Shown here: positions 36,601 to 48,600 of the stretch, in pieces
Numbering within the stretch: position 1 is the stretch's first letter
How the letters are laid out: each line of letters starts with the position of its first letter
Assembly (NCBI GenBank): GCA_013239625.1
Contig: MU056756.1
Span: 682,001 to 746,000 of the forward strand
DNA: 64,000 bases
Direction of reading: 5' to 3'
From: Lama guanicoe
Lineage: Eukaryota
Notes under the pieces: generated by a model
Seen by the model: only the letters and a program-made list of their open reading frames with translations
Databases searched by the model: none
Told to the model about the DNA's origin: nothing
Position numbers and translations under genes: made by a program

Positions 36601-39600
36601 GCGAGGTGCGGAGGCTGTTTTGGAGCAGGCCTGCAGCGCAGGCAGGCGTGGGTGCCCCCGGCCGGCCATGTCCGCGCACGAGTGAGCGCCCGTCTCCCGC
36701 AGCAGTGCCAGGAGTCCAGCCCCGACCGCGTCACGCTCTACAGCCTGATGATGAAGCCCATACAGAGGTTCCCGCAGTTCATCCTGCTGCTCCAGGTACG
36801 CCCCTCTGCGCGCCCGTCCGCGCTCCTCACCGGCTCGGAGGTGGGCCGGCCTGGCCTGACTGAGCGTCTCCTCTTGCCGACAGCAGGCTCTCGGCCCCTC
36901 CTCTCCTCTGAGCAGTGACATGAGGTGACTGCCGGGGGGTGGGGTGGGCTCTGGGGACCCCAACCTGCCGAACAAGGTCAAAACGCCCCCAGAAGAATGT
37001 TGGACCCCGCAGGGAGGGGCTCCGTCCCAGGAGATGGCCCCCACTTCAGACACCAGTGGGGGGCGGGCTGCACACGGTCACCAGGCGGGGGGGGGGTGCC
37101 GGAAGGTCCAGGGTCTCGCTCTGGGGTCAGGCGTGTGCCTGGGGTTGGGGTATCAGGCCTGTGCCTGGGGTTGGGGTGGGGGGTGGCTCAGGAACCTGTG
37201 CCAGGACTTACGCGAACTGACCGTGGTTGACGGAGCCCGTACGCGGCCCGAGTGGGGGAGGTCTGTGAAGGAGGGTTTCCCGATTTCCCCGCCCAGCGGC
37301 TTTTTAGGCTGCCTTCTCAGCTAGATGCAGGTGCTGGTTTACAGAGGAGGCTGGTTTGAGTGCAGATACAAGACGTCACACCAGGAAGGCCCTCCCCTGC
37401 TGGGTGCAGCTCGGTCTCCCGGGGCCCGGGGCCCAGACACCGGGCAGGGTCAGCGCTAACCTGGCTGCGTAGGTGGACGTGGGGCATCGGGAGTGCTGAT
37501 GTCCTGGGAGGGTCCCCCGTGGCCTCTGCCCACGCAGGTTTCTCAGTGACCACTCAGCTCCCATCTCTCATTAAATCAAGCGACTTTGCTTAGCTGCCTG
37601 GCCATTGATACTGGTTGAAGATGGACAGTGAACGTCCCCAGCCACGGGGACGACTTGCGGACACACTGCCCACCCATCGCGTGGTTCCAGATTTTAGAAG
37701 GTGGTTTTTGGGAGAGTCCTGCTCGCTTTCCCCGTATCCTTGTTTTTGCTTATTCCCAAATGATTCGATTTGCTGGGCAGGAGTAGATGGAAAGTCAGGA
37801 TCAGAACTCGGTTTGGCTGAAGGCCGCGTCCTCTTGAGCAGATGCGTCTGCTCGCCCTGGTCCTCTCTGGGCTCCCCAGTGCTTCCCACGTGGCCCGTCC
37901 CCTCTGCCCGCTCCCGCCCCACCTGGGCGCCTGCCCAGCTCTCCCGGCAGAGAACAGTCTTCACGATGACTTGACGGCAGGGCAGCATCCAGGCTGCTGG
38001 TCCCAGGTCAGCCTGAGCAGGTGCCCCGCGGGGCTGGCCCTCCGGCCTTTCTGCTTCCTGAGCATGCGCACTCATGGGGGCGGGGCTCAGACAGGTTACC
38101 TAAGAGATGGTTGTGGGGATGTGCCCGGGGTCCCCGCCTCGCAGGACCCACTGGAAGACGGGGCAGGTGCCCTCCGTCCCTGAGCTCTGAGTGTGCGGTG
38201 GAGGGGCTGGAGGGGGTGGCGGCAGGGGACAGTGCACCCTTCCTCCACTTCTCAGCCCCGCCAGCCGCTCCCCTGCCTCTTGTGCCTCTGTTCTCTGGTC
38301 CTCACCACACCTGAACCTCCTTAGCTCAGGGGCCCATTACCTGTGGTCACTGTGACCCTACGGCCATGTCCCTGGCCCCTCGGTGCCTGCCGGACTCTAA
38401 CACGTGGCCCCAGAAGGCTTTGTCTTTATCCCAGGCCCTTCCCTCCCGCATGTGCCAGAACAAGCGGCGGTCTGGGAGCGCCAGCACACGGCCCGGTTCT
38501 GTGCGGTGCTCATGCTGCTGACGGCCCCAGGGCCTGGCCGGCACTGCCTGTGGGCTATGATGGTACAGGGCTTCCTTTGACGATACTTCACGTCGCCTTG
38601 ATGGGGTTTGACATGATTCACAGGGAAACAGTCGCCTGGAACAGGAGATACTGTTCACTGCAACAGGAAACGAGTGATCATGATGCAAGTTCTTTTCAGA
38701 CTGGAAAGAACAAGAGGTTTAAAGGGATGAGGGCATGGCACAGATCCCGGGGGGCGGACGGGTGGAAGCACGCGGAGGGAGGCCCAGTCTCGCCTGCCCT
38801 CCTTCTGCGAAGTCGGCAGGTGACGTGGCCTGGCACTTGGCTGTCTCTCTGGAGAGCTGACTCCGAATTTGACCCATGCGGTGCCGTTGCTCGGTGGCCG
38901 AGCTGTGCTCTGTGCGCTGCCCGGGCCACGTGGCCCGCAGAGCCGTGAGGCCCAGGACGCAGGCCCGCCGTGTGAGCCGAGGCCGGTGCGGTGGGGGCCA
39001 GCGGTGCTCCCGTGTCCCACCTGGACCGCCTGGGGCCTGGCGCCCCTGGTCTGACTCAAGCTGGGGCAGCAGTCCGACTGTCAGCAGAGAGCAGAGATTT
39101 CTGGGGCCGGGGAACGCGCGCTTCGGGGGTGTCCTCTGCTGGGACATGCGTGCGGCTCTGGCTCTGTCTGCATCACCGTTTAATCAGTCGCTGCTGTTTT
39201 CACACAGGGAGCTTCAGGTGTCGGCCAGGCCAGGTCACCGTGCTTGCTGTCCCTCCCCCGGGGCTCGTTCCACTCTTCCCCGGAAGGGGCCGGCGCTGCC
39301 CCCACGCTGGCCGTTTGCGGCCGTGGCCGGGGTGCAAGGACCACCCGCTGCCCCCACGCCTGTCACACGGCCCCTCCACCCTGTCTCTCTGAAAGGACAT
39401 GTTGAAGAACACGTCCCGAGGCCACCCCGACCGGCTGCCCCTGCAGATGGCGCTGACGGAGCTCGAGACACTGGCAGAGAAGCTGAACGAGAGGAAGAGG
39501 GACGCTGACCGGCGCTGCGAGATCAGGCAGATAGCCAAGGCTGCCAACGAGCGCTACGTGAGCAAGGTGCGGCCGTGCCGGGCGCGCGTTGTCCCCTCCG

Positions 39601-42600
39601 TGCTGGCGGCCCTGCCTGGTGCCCGCTCCGCTCTGTGCTGGTGCGCGCTGCCCGCTCTGTGCCGGTGGCCACGCCTGGTGCGTGCTGTCCCCTTCATGCT
39701 GGTGGCCGTCGCCCTCTCGCTGCTTGTTTCTTGTCTCCTGGAACCTCTGCCAGGAGGCCCTTGACGGAGGGTCGGTGGGGAGGCATGGGGGTCGCGAGCG
39801 CTAGACGATGTGCACCTTCTTAGGAAAGGGGCTCCCAGGTGGACTAGGTCCTCGTGGACCCAGGACCCCAAAAGGACACGAGCCACTCTTCAGCAGGCTT
39901 TTACCTCCAGAATGTGGTGTTCCACCGTAGACAGCCCTATTTAAAGCGCAGGTGTCCGCATGCACTGTTATCTGTGCCCATCCACACACGGCCTGTGCGT
40001 CCGTTGTCATGAAGAAGTGACGTGGAAAACAGCATGAAGGCGGTTTTTGCAGAACTGCGTGTCAGCTTCGTGTTCACGAAGCCGTTTCCCTGCCGCGGTG
40101 ACCTCATGCCAGGCCCCAGGAGGAGGTTTGTGCTGTGAGCCATGTGAAGCTGGGCCTTGTGGCTGAAGTCACCTTTGTTTTTGTTGGCGGGGGTGACTTC
40201 CTGCTACAGAGGGACATCCAGTAGTTTAACTGCAGGAACCTGGTTGTCATACATCGCAAGCTGAGGTTTCCCTGATTCCCTAAATGATTTGTGTGGGAAT
40301 TTAACACATGGAAACTCGCGCTCGCTGATGAGTGGCTTCTGTTGTGTCAGATCCGCTCCCCGTGTTGCCCGAGTGTTTGGGAACCCGGGATGTGCTTCGG
40401 GGACGAGGGAAGTGGTGTTTCCTTGCTGTCACCTCAGTGTGCACGTGGCCCCACCCCTGCCACCGTGCAGGCGGAGTGCCCTGGCGAGGCCAGCCGGCCA
40501 GTGTGGACGTTTGCGCTAAGGATTCCGGGTTTCCTACTGGGCAAAATTGCTAAAAATAAGTCTGACTTATGTACAGGTTTGTCATTTTACTAATTCACAC
40601 GAAGCATCTTTACAAAGAGCCAAGCGTATTTTGTTTGGTGAAGGTTTTAGTGGCGGACCGTAAGCCCTGAGGGTGATTTCTTAATTATGCTATCCTTTGG
40701 GAAAACAAAATTACGAAATAGTTACTTTCACTCACAGACATTCCTGGTGGTTGATACGGTGACATGAGTAACACGGGGTGGGGTGACAGCCTGTCGGGGA
40801 CGGAGCGAGTCTTCTGGGGGGGAAGACACTGAGTGATGCTGGAAGGGGCCAAGCCCTCCTTGGCTAGACCGGTGCCTCTGACGTGGACGTCGTGCTTCCA
40901 GAGGAAGTTACAGTCCTGTCCCTGTGCGGTTTGCTCAGAAAAGACCACGTGGTGTGGGCCACGCGTGAAGTGCAGTCAGGAGTACACGGATTCTCTTTAA
41001 GGGAAGAAGTCTATAAAACTTTGACATCATCTGCTCCTGTGTTTTGCGAGCTTTTTTTCTCATCCTTTTTTCTTTTTGGGGGGCTGGGGGTGTAATTAGG
41101 TTTATTTATTTACTTTAGTGGAGGTGCTGGGGGGGAGCCCAGGACCTCGTGCACACTGGGCATGCGCTCCACCCTGCGCTGCACCCCCACCCCTGTGTCC
41201 TTCCTTGATGAGCCGGGTTGTGGTAACTGTGTCCTGTGAATTCTCAGCTTCTCAGCAGCGGGAGTAGGTACCTCGTGCGCTCCGACGACATGATTGAAAC
41301 CGTCTACAACGACCGCGGCGAGGTGGTGAAGACCAAAGAGCGCCGGCTCTTCATGCTGAGCGACGTGCTGATGTGCGCCACGGTCAGCACGCGGTAAGGA
41401 CATGTCACGCCGGCGAGCCTCCCGGTCACCGGTGTCCAGCGTCTGCATCTCACTCAGACTGGATGGTCTGTGTGCAGAGCCCCGGCCCCAGGTCCTGTGA
41501 TCTATATGGTCACCAGTGTTCTGTGATTTGTGTGGTCCCGTCTGAGTCTCCAGGTCACTGCGGGTGGAGGCTGGGACGTGTGTCTGTGTTTTCTCTTTAA
41601 ACAAAGGCTGATGTTGGAGCTGGAAACTCAGCTGAATTTCCCTGTGGCCCCACTCCATCCTCTGCGGTTCCTGATTTTATCACCATCCAAATTCTTTCTC
41701 ATTAGTTGCTTCCCTGTAAATGCATTTCTGATGATTTTTTTCTTAATAAACTTGGGTGTGTTTGTGGTCTGGGAAAACCCTTTGTGGAACCCAGTGGTCA
41801 CTCCGGTGAGAGGGTCAGGACTACGATCGCACAGCCCAAGCGTTTCTTGCTCGAGTGGGGAGAAAAGTGCAGTGACGCTCGTGCGACTGTTGGTAAGCGG
41901 AGGGTTTTGGTCGTTGCAGCACCTCGCACGACAGCAGCGCGCTGACGTCCACCAGCCAGCGGTACCTGCTGAAGTGGAGCGTCCCTCTTGGGCACGTGGA
42001 AGTCGTAGAATATGGTGGCAGCGACGGCGCCGGGGAGAGCAGCCGGTGTCCCCTGGTGCACGTGCCCGAGAGCCTGGCAGTGGTGGCCAGCACCAAGCCA
42101 AGTAAGCGACCCCTCCGTGCACGTGCTCGCAGGGCTGGGACCGGTGTAGCTCCGGCGTCGGGACCCCTTCCTCAGCCTCTGGCGGCACCGAGGGGGAGAG
42201 CTGTGGGGTGACGCGGTCCCTGGAGCCTGTTCACCGGGGTCTGGCTGTGGATGCAAGCACCCCTGTCGCCCTGTCGCTGTCTTCTGAGCCCATCCCCCGG
42301 GTGTCGTGTGCGTCCTGGGTTTACTGCGGGACCCGGCCCTGGGCTGCGTTTCCCGTCAGCGGCCGGGGTGTAGATATGTCTTTAAAATGCCTTCTAGATT
42401 GAACAGGTTTTTTAACAAAGTAGAGCTTGCTAGTTGTGTGCCTGCCGGACGATGGGCGCAGGGCAGGCTCTCCTGGGCTGCTGCTGGCTCTGGAGTGAGG
42501 CTCGGAGGCCGTCCAGCGCTCAGAGATGCCGGGAGGCGCAGCCGCTCCGCCCCTGGGGCTGCACCAGCTCCGTCCAGGTTTGTCCAGGAGAGAGGGACCG

Positions 42601-45600
42601 TCTTGCTGGGGCAGTGAGCCGTCTGTGTGGCCTGAGCCCGTCCTGGTGACCCCAGCGCCGCCCGAGCCCCGGGTGCCTCGGGTGGGTTTGTGCACATGAG
42701 ACCTGGCCTGGCCGGAGTCCCGGGAGCCCCAGTTCGGCTGGGCGTCCCCGGCGTCCCAGGGCTTTTGTGGAACAGATTTGCCCCACCACCACCGTTGCCG
42801 TCGCTGCCTTGGCTTCCCGTGCTCCCCCTGCTTGTCGTCCCTAAATTATTTTGAGAAGCTAAGTTCAAGTCCCTCGTTCCTGGGCGATGGTCACGCGACT
42901 CTCCAGCCTGAGGGACTCTCCTCCGACACGCAGAGCTGGAGGGCCTGGCCTGTGTTCAGGGATGAAGGCGCATGGCAGCCGCGTGGGGCCTGCGTCCCGG
43001 GGAGCAGCAGGTGGGCTGCACTCTGCTTCGCCCCTCGGCGCCCTCGACCTGACCTGGGGTCGCGTTAGACCCTCCCTCCAGGGTGGGGCCTCGGAGTGGG
43101 TCCTCGGGTTAGTTTACGCTTCCCGGCCCCCTGGCCTCGTTTTGCAAAGTTCTGTGCATTTTTCTGGGGGGGGGGTGATAGAGGTTTCACTGACTCCTCG
43201 AGTCGGGGCCGGCGTGGGGAGGGCGGACCCGGACCCTCCGTTGCTGGTCTTGCTGACGTTTCTGTATCTAATCACGAAATCGAACACTAAGTACATACAG
43301 TTCATAACCGTTGATTCTGCCTCAATTTAAAAAAGTCTTTGATTTTTAAGATATCAGACTTCCCTGAGTTAAAACGGAAGTTGTGGAAAGGAGCGTTTAG
43401 CCCAGGGCCAGAGGTGCTGGGCGGGGAAGGCCTGCCCTTCTCGTCCTGCCCGGATTGTTCCTTGGCCGCAGCCCTGGTCCCGCCCACCGCCCCGGGACTG
43501 CTCACTCTTGTCCAGCTGGATTCCGTCCGCGGCGCCCCCCCTTCCCCGCCCTCCTCCCTCCTGCCCAGAGACACCGGCTCTGAAATCTCCTGCCACCCAG
43601 GTCGCGGGTGTGACGGAGGGGCCTGGCCACGCAGGGCAGCACGTCGTGCCCGCCCGGGGTCCTGCATCCACGCCCCTGGGAGTCTCTGGGCTGAGTTGCT
43701 GTTGCCTTGGCCACAGCGATCCGCTTAGCTTTCAACCCTGGATTTTTAGGCCAGTTGCCGGGTTTCCGTGGAGACAGCGGGTGTGTGTGAGAAGCCTGCC
43801 GCCCCCGACCCGGGTGCTGGGCCTGGAGACCAGACGGCGGGGAAGCCAACTGACAGGAACCCTGATTTGTTTGTTGTTTCTGTAAGTTTAGCCAGAAAAA
43901 AAGATTCCACCCCCAGCCGAAGGCAGCCTCTGCGGAAGCAGTGCCTGCTCTGTGCTCCGCCCCGGTGAGTGGAGCGGGCCCTCTGGTGCTGGTGTGCGTC
44001 TGTGATCACCGCGCCGCGCCGTTCGCTGCTGTGTCCCCGCTGTGCCCTTCTGCCGAGCGTCCCTGGGGCTCCCCCAGTGTGGCCCTCGTCAGGTTTTCAG
44101 ATGTGGGGTGAAGACTGAGAAACCCCCTTCAGCCCCATAAAGGAGGGTTCCCTGGTGCCCTGGGAACAGTCCTCCCTCTTGTGATGGGGCGATGGGGGCA
44201 GGGCTGCCGGACCCTCGTGTGGCAGCCGGGAGCGGCCCCACGCCGCAGTCCTGATGCCGCCGTGCGTTCCCCGCCATTCTCTCTGTCTCTGGAGCCTGCC
44301 TCGGGTCCCAGGCTGCCCAGCAGCCCGAGTCCTCTCTGCTCTGACCAGCGTGACTTCCCTCCATCACGCCGGGCCCTTGTCCTGCCCGGTTCCCTCCCAC
44401 CCTCCCCCTGCTGAGACAGGTTGGGCCGGCAGGTGCTGGTCCGGGTCGTCCCAGCTGCCTGGCTGGCGGGCAGCATCCGTCCTGGTGACCAGGCGCCCCT
44501 CTTGTCCTCGTGTCGAGGACCGTCCGCACCACCTCCCGTGGCCCCCACCAGCTGGAAGGCTCGAGAGGAGCCCCTCTTTTCTTTCTTCCCGGTTCTGCCG
44601 CCCCTGGGTGAGCTTCCTGCCTCTCCTCCTCCCGGCAGAGAGCAGGTGCCCATTCACTTTAGAGCCTCTTGGTCACAGAAGCAGAAGTCGGATTCTGAAC
44701 TGGTTCCCAGTCTCTGAGCCGTTCTCCAGGTTGGGATGGTCTCAGAGGGCTTGCCAGTGACTCCACTGGTCAGGCGCGTGTTAACCTGACGAGCCTTTAA
44801 ATTCACCGCGTGTCCACTTCACTCCTGGAAACGCTCCAGCAGCTTCAGAACTTTGTGTGCTGCCCTTTTGCTGATTCCCCCTGAAGCGTAGCTCATTCGG
44901 TGGAGACCAGAACGGCTGGAATCCATTAATGGGTAACTCTTCAGTGAAGGCGGGCAGGCTGCCGAGGGCCTGGCTGGTTTGGGTGATGCCGTGGGAGTGC
45001 GTGGCCTTCGTGGGACCCCCCGCATGGGGCAGCCACCTGTCGAGGGCCACATGTATCTGAGATTTAGGGAGCCCCCAGTGTCCCCCAGGTTTAACCGTCA
45101 CCCACCTTGCCACTCCTCCGAGGAAGCACGTTCTTGCTGAACTCAGGAGGGTGGGTTGTAGGGGGGTGTCTTAATGGAAAAAAGATACAAATAGGACCTG
45201 CTGGCCGGGCTGCAGTGTTCCACGTGCAGGGGCAGGGCCCTGGGGGCGCGGCAGGTGTTGGAGTGAACAGACCCTCGTCTGAGTGTGGACCCTTAAGACA
45301 AGTTACACAAGTTTCTGTAACACACGTGGCATTTACCTTAGCTCACAGAGTTCTTTTCTGTGGCTCCGCTGGACACTGCTGTGAGGTGGCAGGACAGTGC
45401 CGGCCACACTGTCCCTGTTGACAGACTAGGCGACAGAGATGGGAGAGGTTTTGGGGTGTCCTTTCGGTGCTCCCAGGGGCTTCCTGGGTCCCGGAGGTGG
45501 ATCCGGCCGGGGAGGTAGAGCATCGCCACTGGTCCTCCCCAGCGTGACTCCCGGCGTGGGCTTCTGTCTCCGAGGCTCTTGCTTAGGTGGAAAAGCGTCT

Positions 45601-48600
45601 TCTCTCCTAGGGCCTTAGGGTGGCTGGGTTGGCAGAGGAGGAAGGGTGTGCGTTCCACCATCAAGCACAGATGTCGGACTCTTGGTGCTCCCAGTTGAGG
45701 ATCAGCTGCCAGTGTCCCTTCTGTCTGGTTCACGCGGAATCTCAGGGATGGACCGCGAGACGGGGTGCAGACCGTGCCGGGCTTTGCTTATGGTTCACAG
45801 CTGAAGGGGTGTAACTGTTTGGATCCAAGTTAGATACTTGTCCTCCAAAACCAAGGGATTTCTTCTAACAAAGGGCACATTAGTTAGTTAGACGTGCAAA
45901 TATAAGTACACTGTTTATGTGTTAAAAATTGGTGTGGGCACCATGTGAGCACTTTTATACAGCACCCTGAAGACGGCAAAACTGGAACATGATGGCCAGC
46001 AGACAGGTGGTGTGGGGCGGGTGGGGCCGGGGTCTCTCCGGGCCTCTCGTGAGCCTCCCGTCCCCGCGGCCGTGATGGTTCCGTGGTTCTTTGAGGTTTT
46101 AACATCCCGGACCTGGGAAACGGTGCCTACGAGGGAGGCCTGTGCTACTGCAGCTTCTCTGCAAGTCCAACATTATTCCAAAATAAAAAGTCAGAGAAGG
46201 AAAAGCATCTCATTATCTGAAAACACCGACTCTTTAAAAATGCTGGACGAGCTAGACTGTGTTTCCGTGTTTCCTTCCTCAAGCGCCGGCGTGAACAGCT
46301 GTAGGTCTGTGCTGTTTTCTGTCGTCTTGTTTTGCAGACAGGGTTTACATGGGGCCAGGACAGCTGTATCAGGATCTACAGAACTTGCTGCATGACTTAA
46401 ATGTCATTGGTCAGATCACTCAACTGATTGGAAACCTCAAAGGGAACTATCAGGTAATAGTCGAAGCCATCGGATTTAAAGTCCTCCTTTTATTTCTGAA
46501 TCAGTGTCGGCATGAGAGCGCGTCTCCCAGTTCTGTTAGAAGCGAGAACTGACCTTAACGGTCAGAACTGATCCGATCGTCTGTTTTCTCCCGTTTTGGA
46601 GAAGGCGAAGCTCTTCCAGCGTAACTTCCCTTCGTTCTGGGGCAGACTCGCGTGTCAGTGCTCTCTGAGGGTGGTCCCAGCCAAACCACCGCGTGACCCC
46701 ACTCCCAAAGCGGGGTCTTTGTCGCCGTCAGATGAGTGTTGCTGGTCCCCCTGAGGTTTTCAGGTGACGGCCTCGGTTTTCTCCTCCCCAGGATGGATGA
46801 CCGAAACGTCCATCGGCCCCTCTCAGTGTGCCTGTGCGTTTCCTTCGTAGAACTTGAACCAGTCAGTGGCCCACGACTGGACCTCGGGGTTACAGAGACT
46901 CGTCTTGAAGAAGGAAGAGGAGATCAGGGCGGCCGACTGCTGCCGGATTCAGCTGCAGCTCCCGGGGAAGCAGGACAAGTCAGTGGGGACCCGGGCAGGG
47001 CACCCTCTCCACCGGGGCCGAGGACGTGGCTCTCGCCTCGCGTGTCTCCGTGGTGGGGGCTCCGTCCCACGGGGAGACACGTAGCGTTCCCAGGGTGAAG
47101 GCTCCCCTCTCGGCAGGTCCGGCCGGCCCACCTTCTTCACCGCCGTGTTCAACACCTTCACCCCTGCCATCAAGGAGTCTTGGACCCACAACCTGCAGAT
47201 GGCCAAGCTCGCGCTCGGTAAGAGCCTGCTGATTTCAGCTGGCTAGGCCAGTCCCTGCCCTGTGGTGAAGTGTGCACCCAGGAGGGCAGGGTCACGGCTG
47301 AGAAGTTGGCTTGGCGGACGGTTCAGCCGGTCACCTGAAAGGCTCTTTCCAGGCAGGAAAAGTTAAAAAAAACCCAGCATAAGTGATTTTTTTAAGACAT
47401 TTATATTATAATTTAAGTGTTGTAGGAGAAAAAAAGCCTCATTTCCATTAGAAGGCCCTGTGAGTCTGTGGCCTGTGAGTCGGGGGTCCCAGCCCCAGGT
47501 CTGCCCCGCGGGGTGAGCAGATGAGGGCTCCTCTCAGCCTTTTCCTTCCCTGCACCTGCGGGGTCAGACACAGGACTGGATGGCGTTGTCCCTAAAGACC
47601 CCCCCGCAAGCCCCCGGCAGGTTCTGTCAGAGACAAGAGTGACTCAGAGATGTTCTGGTCCCCGTCCCCGTGGCCTCACCCTCTGTGACCCGCGTACCAG
47701 ACAGACGGGTGGGTGTGACGCACTGACCGCGCAGATGGGTGATATACGCACACAGGTCTGCTGTGCGAAGCACGGGGCTGTCCTGCGTCTGTGCGTAAAC
47801 TCCTCATTCAGGTGCAAACACCCTGAAGTGTTAACTGGAAATAAGATGAAGAAGAGAAGTAGGCAGAGGGACGCCCGCTGACCCCCCGGCAAGGGAGGTC
47901 AGTGAGAGAAGGCCTTTGTCACGGGGTCGGCTGTCTGGAGTGGCCCGAGCCCCAGGGAGTGGGCAGAGCGCGGCCCCTTTCTCTCTGCCCGCGTCAGCTG
48001 GTGGTTTATCAGGCCGGCTTCCAGGCGGCCTCGTGAGCGAGGAGATGGCCCAGTCTCTGCCGAGTGAGTGGAACGTGGCAATGAGCTCATTTCGTCTTCA
48101 GATGCTCACGTTCAGAGCGAGACTGGCGACCACTTAGCAGACCTGCTGCTTCCTTTCTGTGTACGTCTTATCCCGTGGCCTCGTGCCACTTAAAGCCTCC
48201 TCCTCAGTTCCTAGCGCCTGAGTCTTAACAGGTCAGTTTCTTGGAAGGAGAGGTAAGGGAGAACAGGTGGTCTGCGCAGTGATGGTTCCCAGGCTGCCGG
48301 TGGGCTGGGCCCCGAGGTGGGAGCCGGGCACGCCCGTGCTCAGATGCGGCCAGAGCGTCGCTGGGTAAACCAGCCAGAGAGCGGCCCCTCCTGTGAGAAA
48401 GGGCCGTTTCCCGAAGTAAAAGGCGCAGTTCTCCAGTCTCGCCAGAGTAGGGAGCAGGCTCCCCCACCGCTCCGGGCGCCCCTGGAAGGTGCCAACCCCT
48501 CTGTTCCCTCCCCACCCCCGACCCCGCGGCCGCAGAGGAGGAGAACCACCTGGGCTGGCTCTGCGCGGAGGATGACGGGAACCAGATTAAGAAGGAGAGA

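Noticed and set aside
37130-37190. G-quadruplex-like G-runs (also near 12263-12291 and elsewhere)
   Set aside because: Such runs are common at this GC content and nothing singles these out.
41118-41190. tRNA-Ala gene on the minus strand
   Set aside because: The A and B boxes and anticodon arm are degenerate and a SINE body and tail follow, so it is a SINE rather than a tRNA gene.
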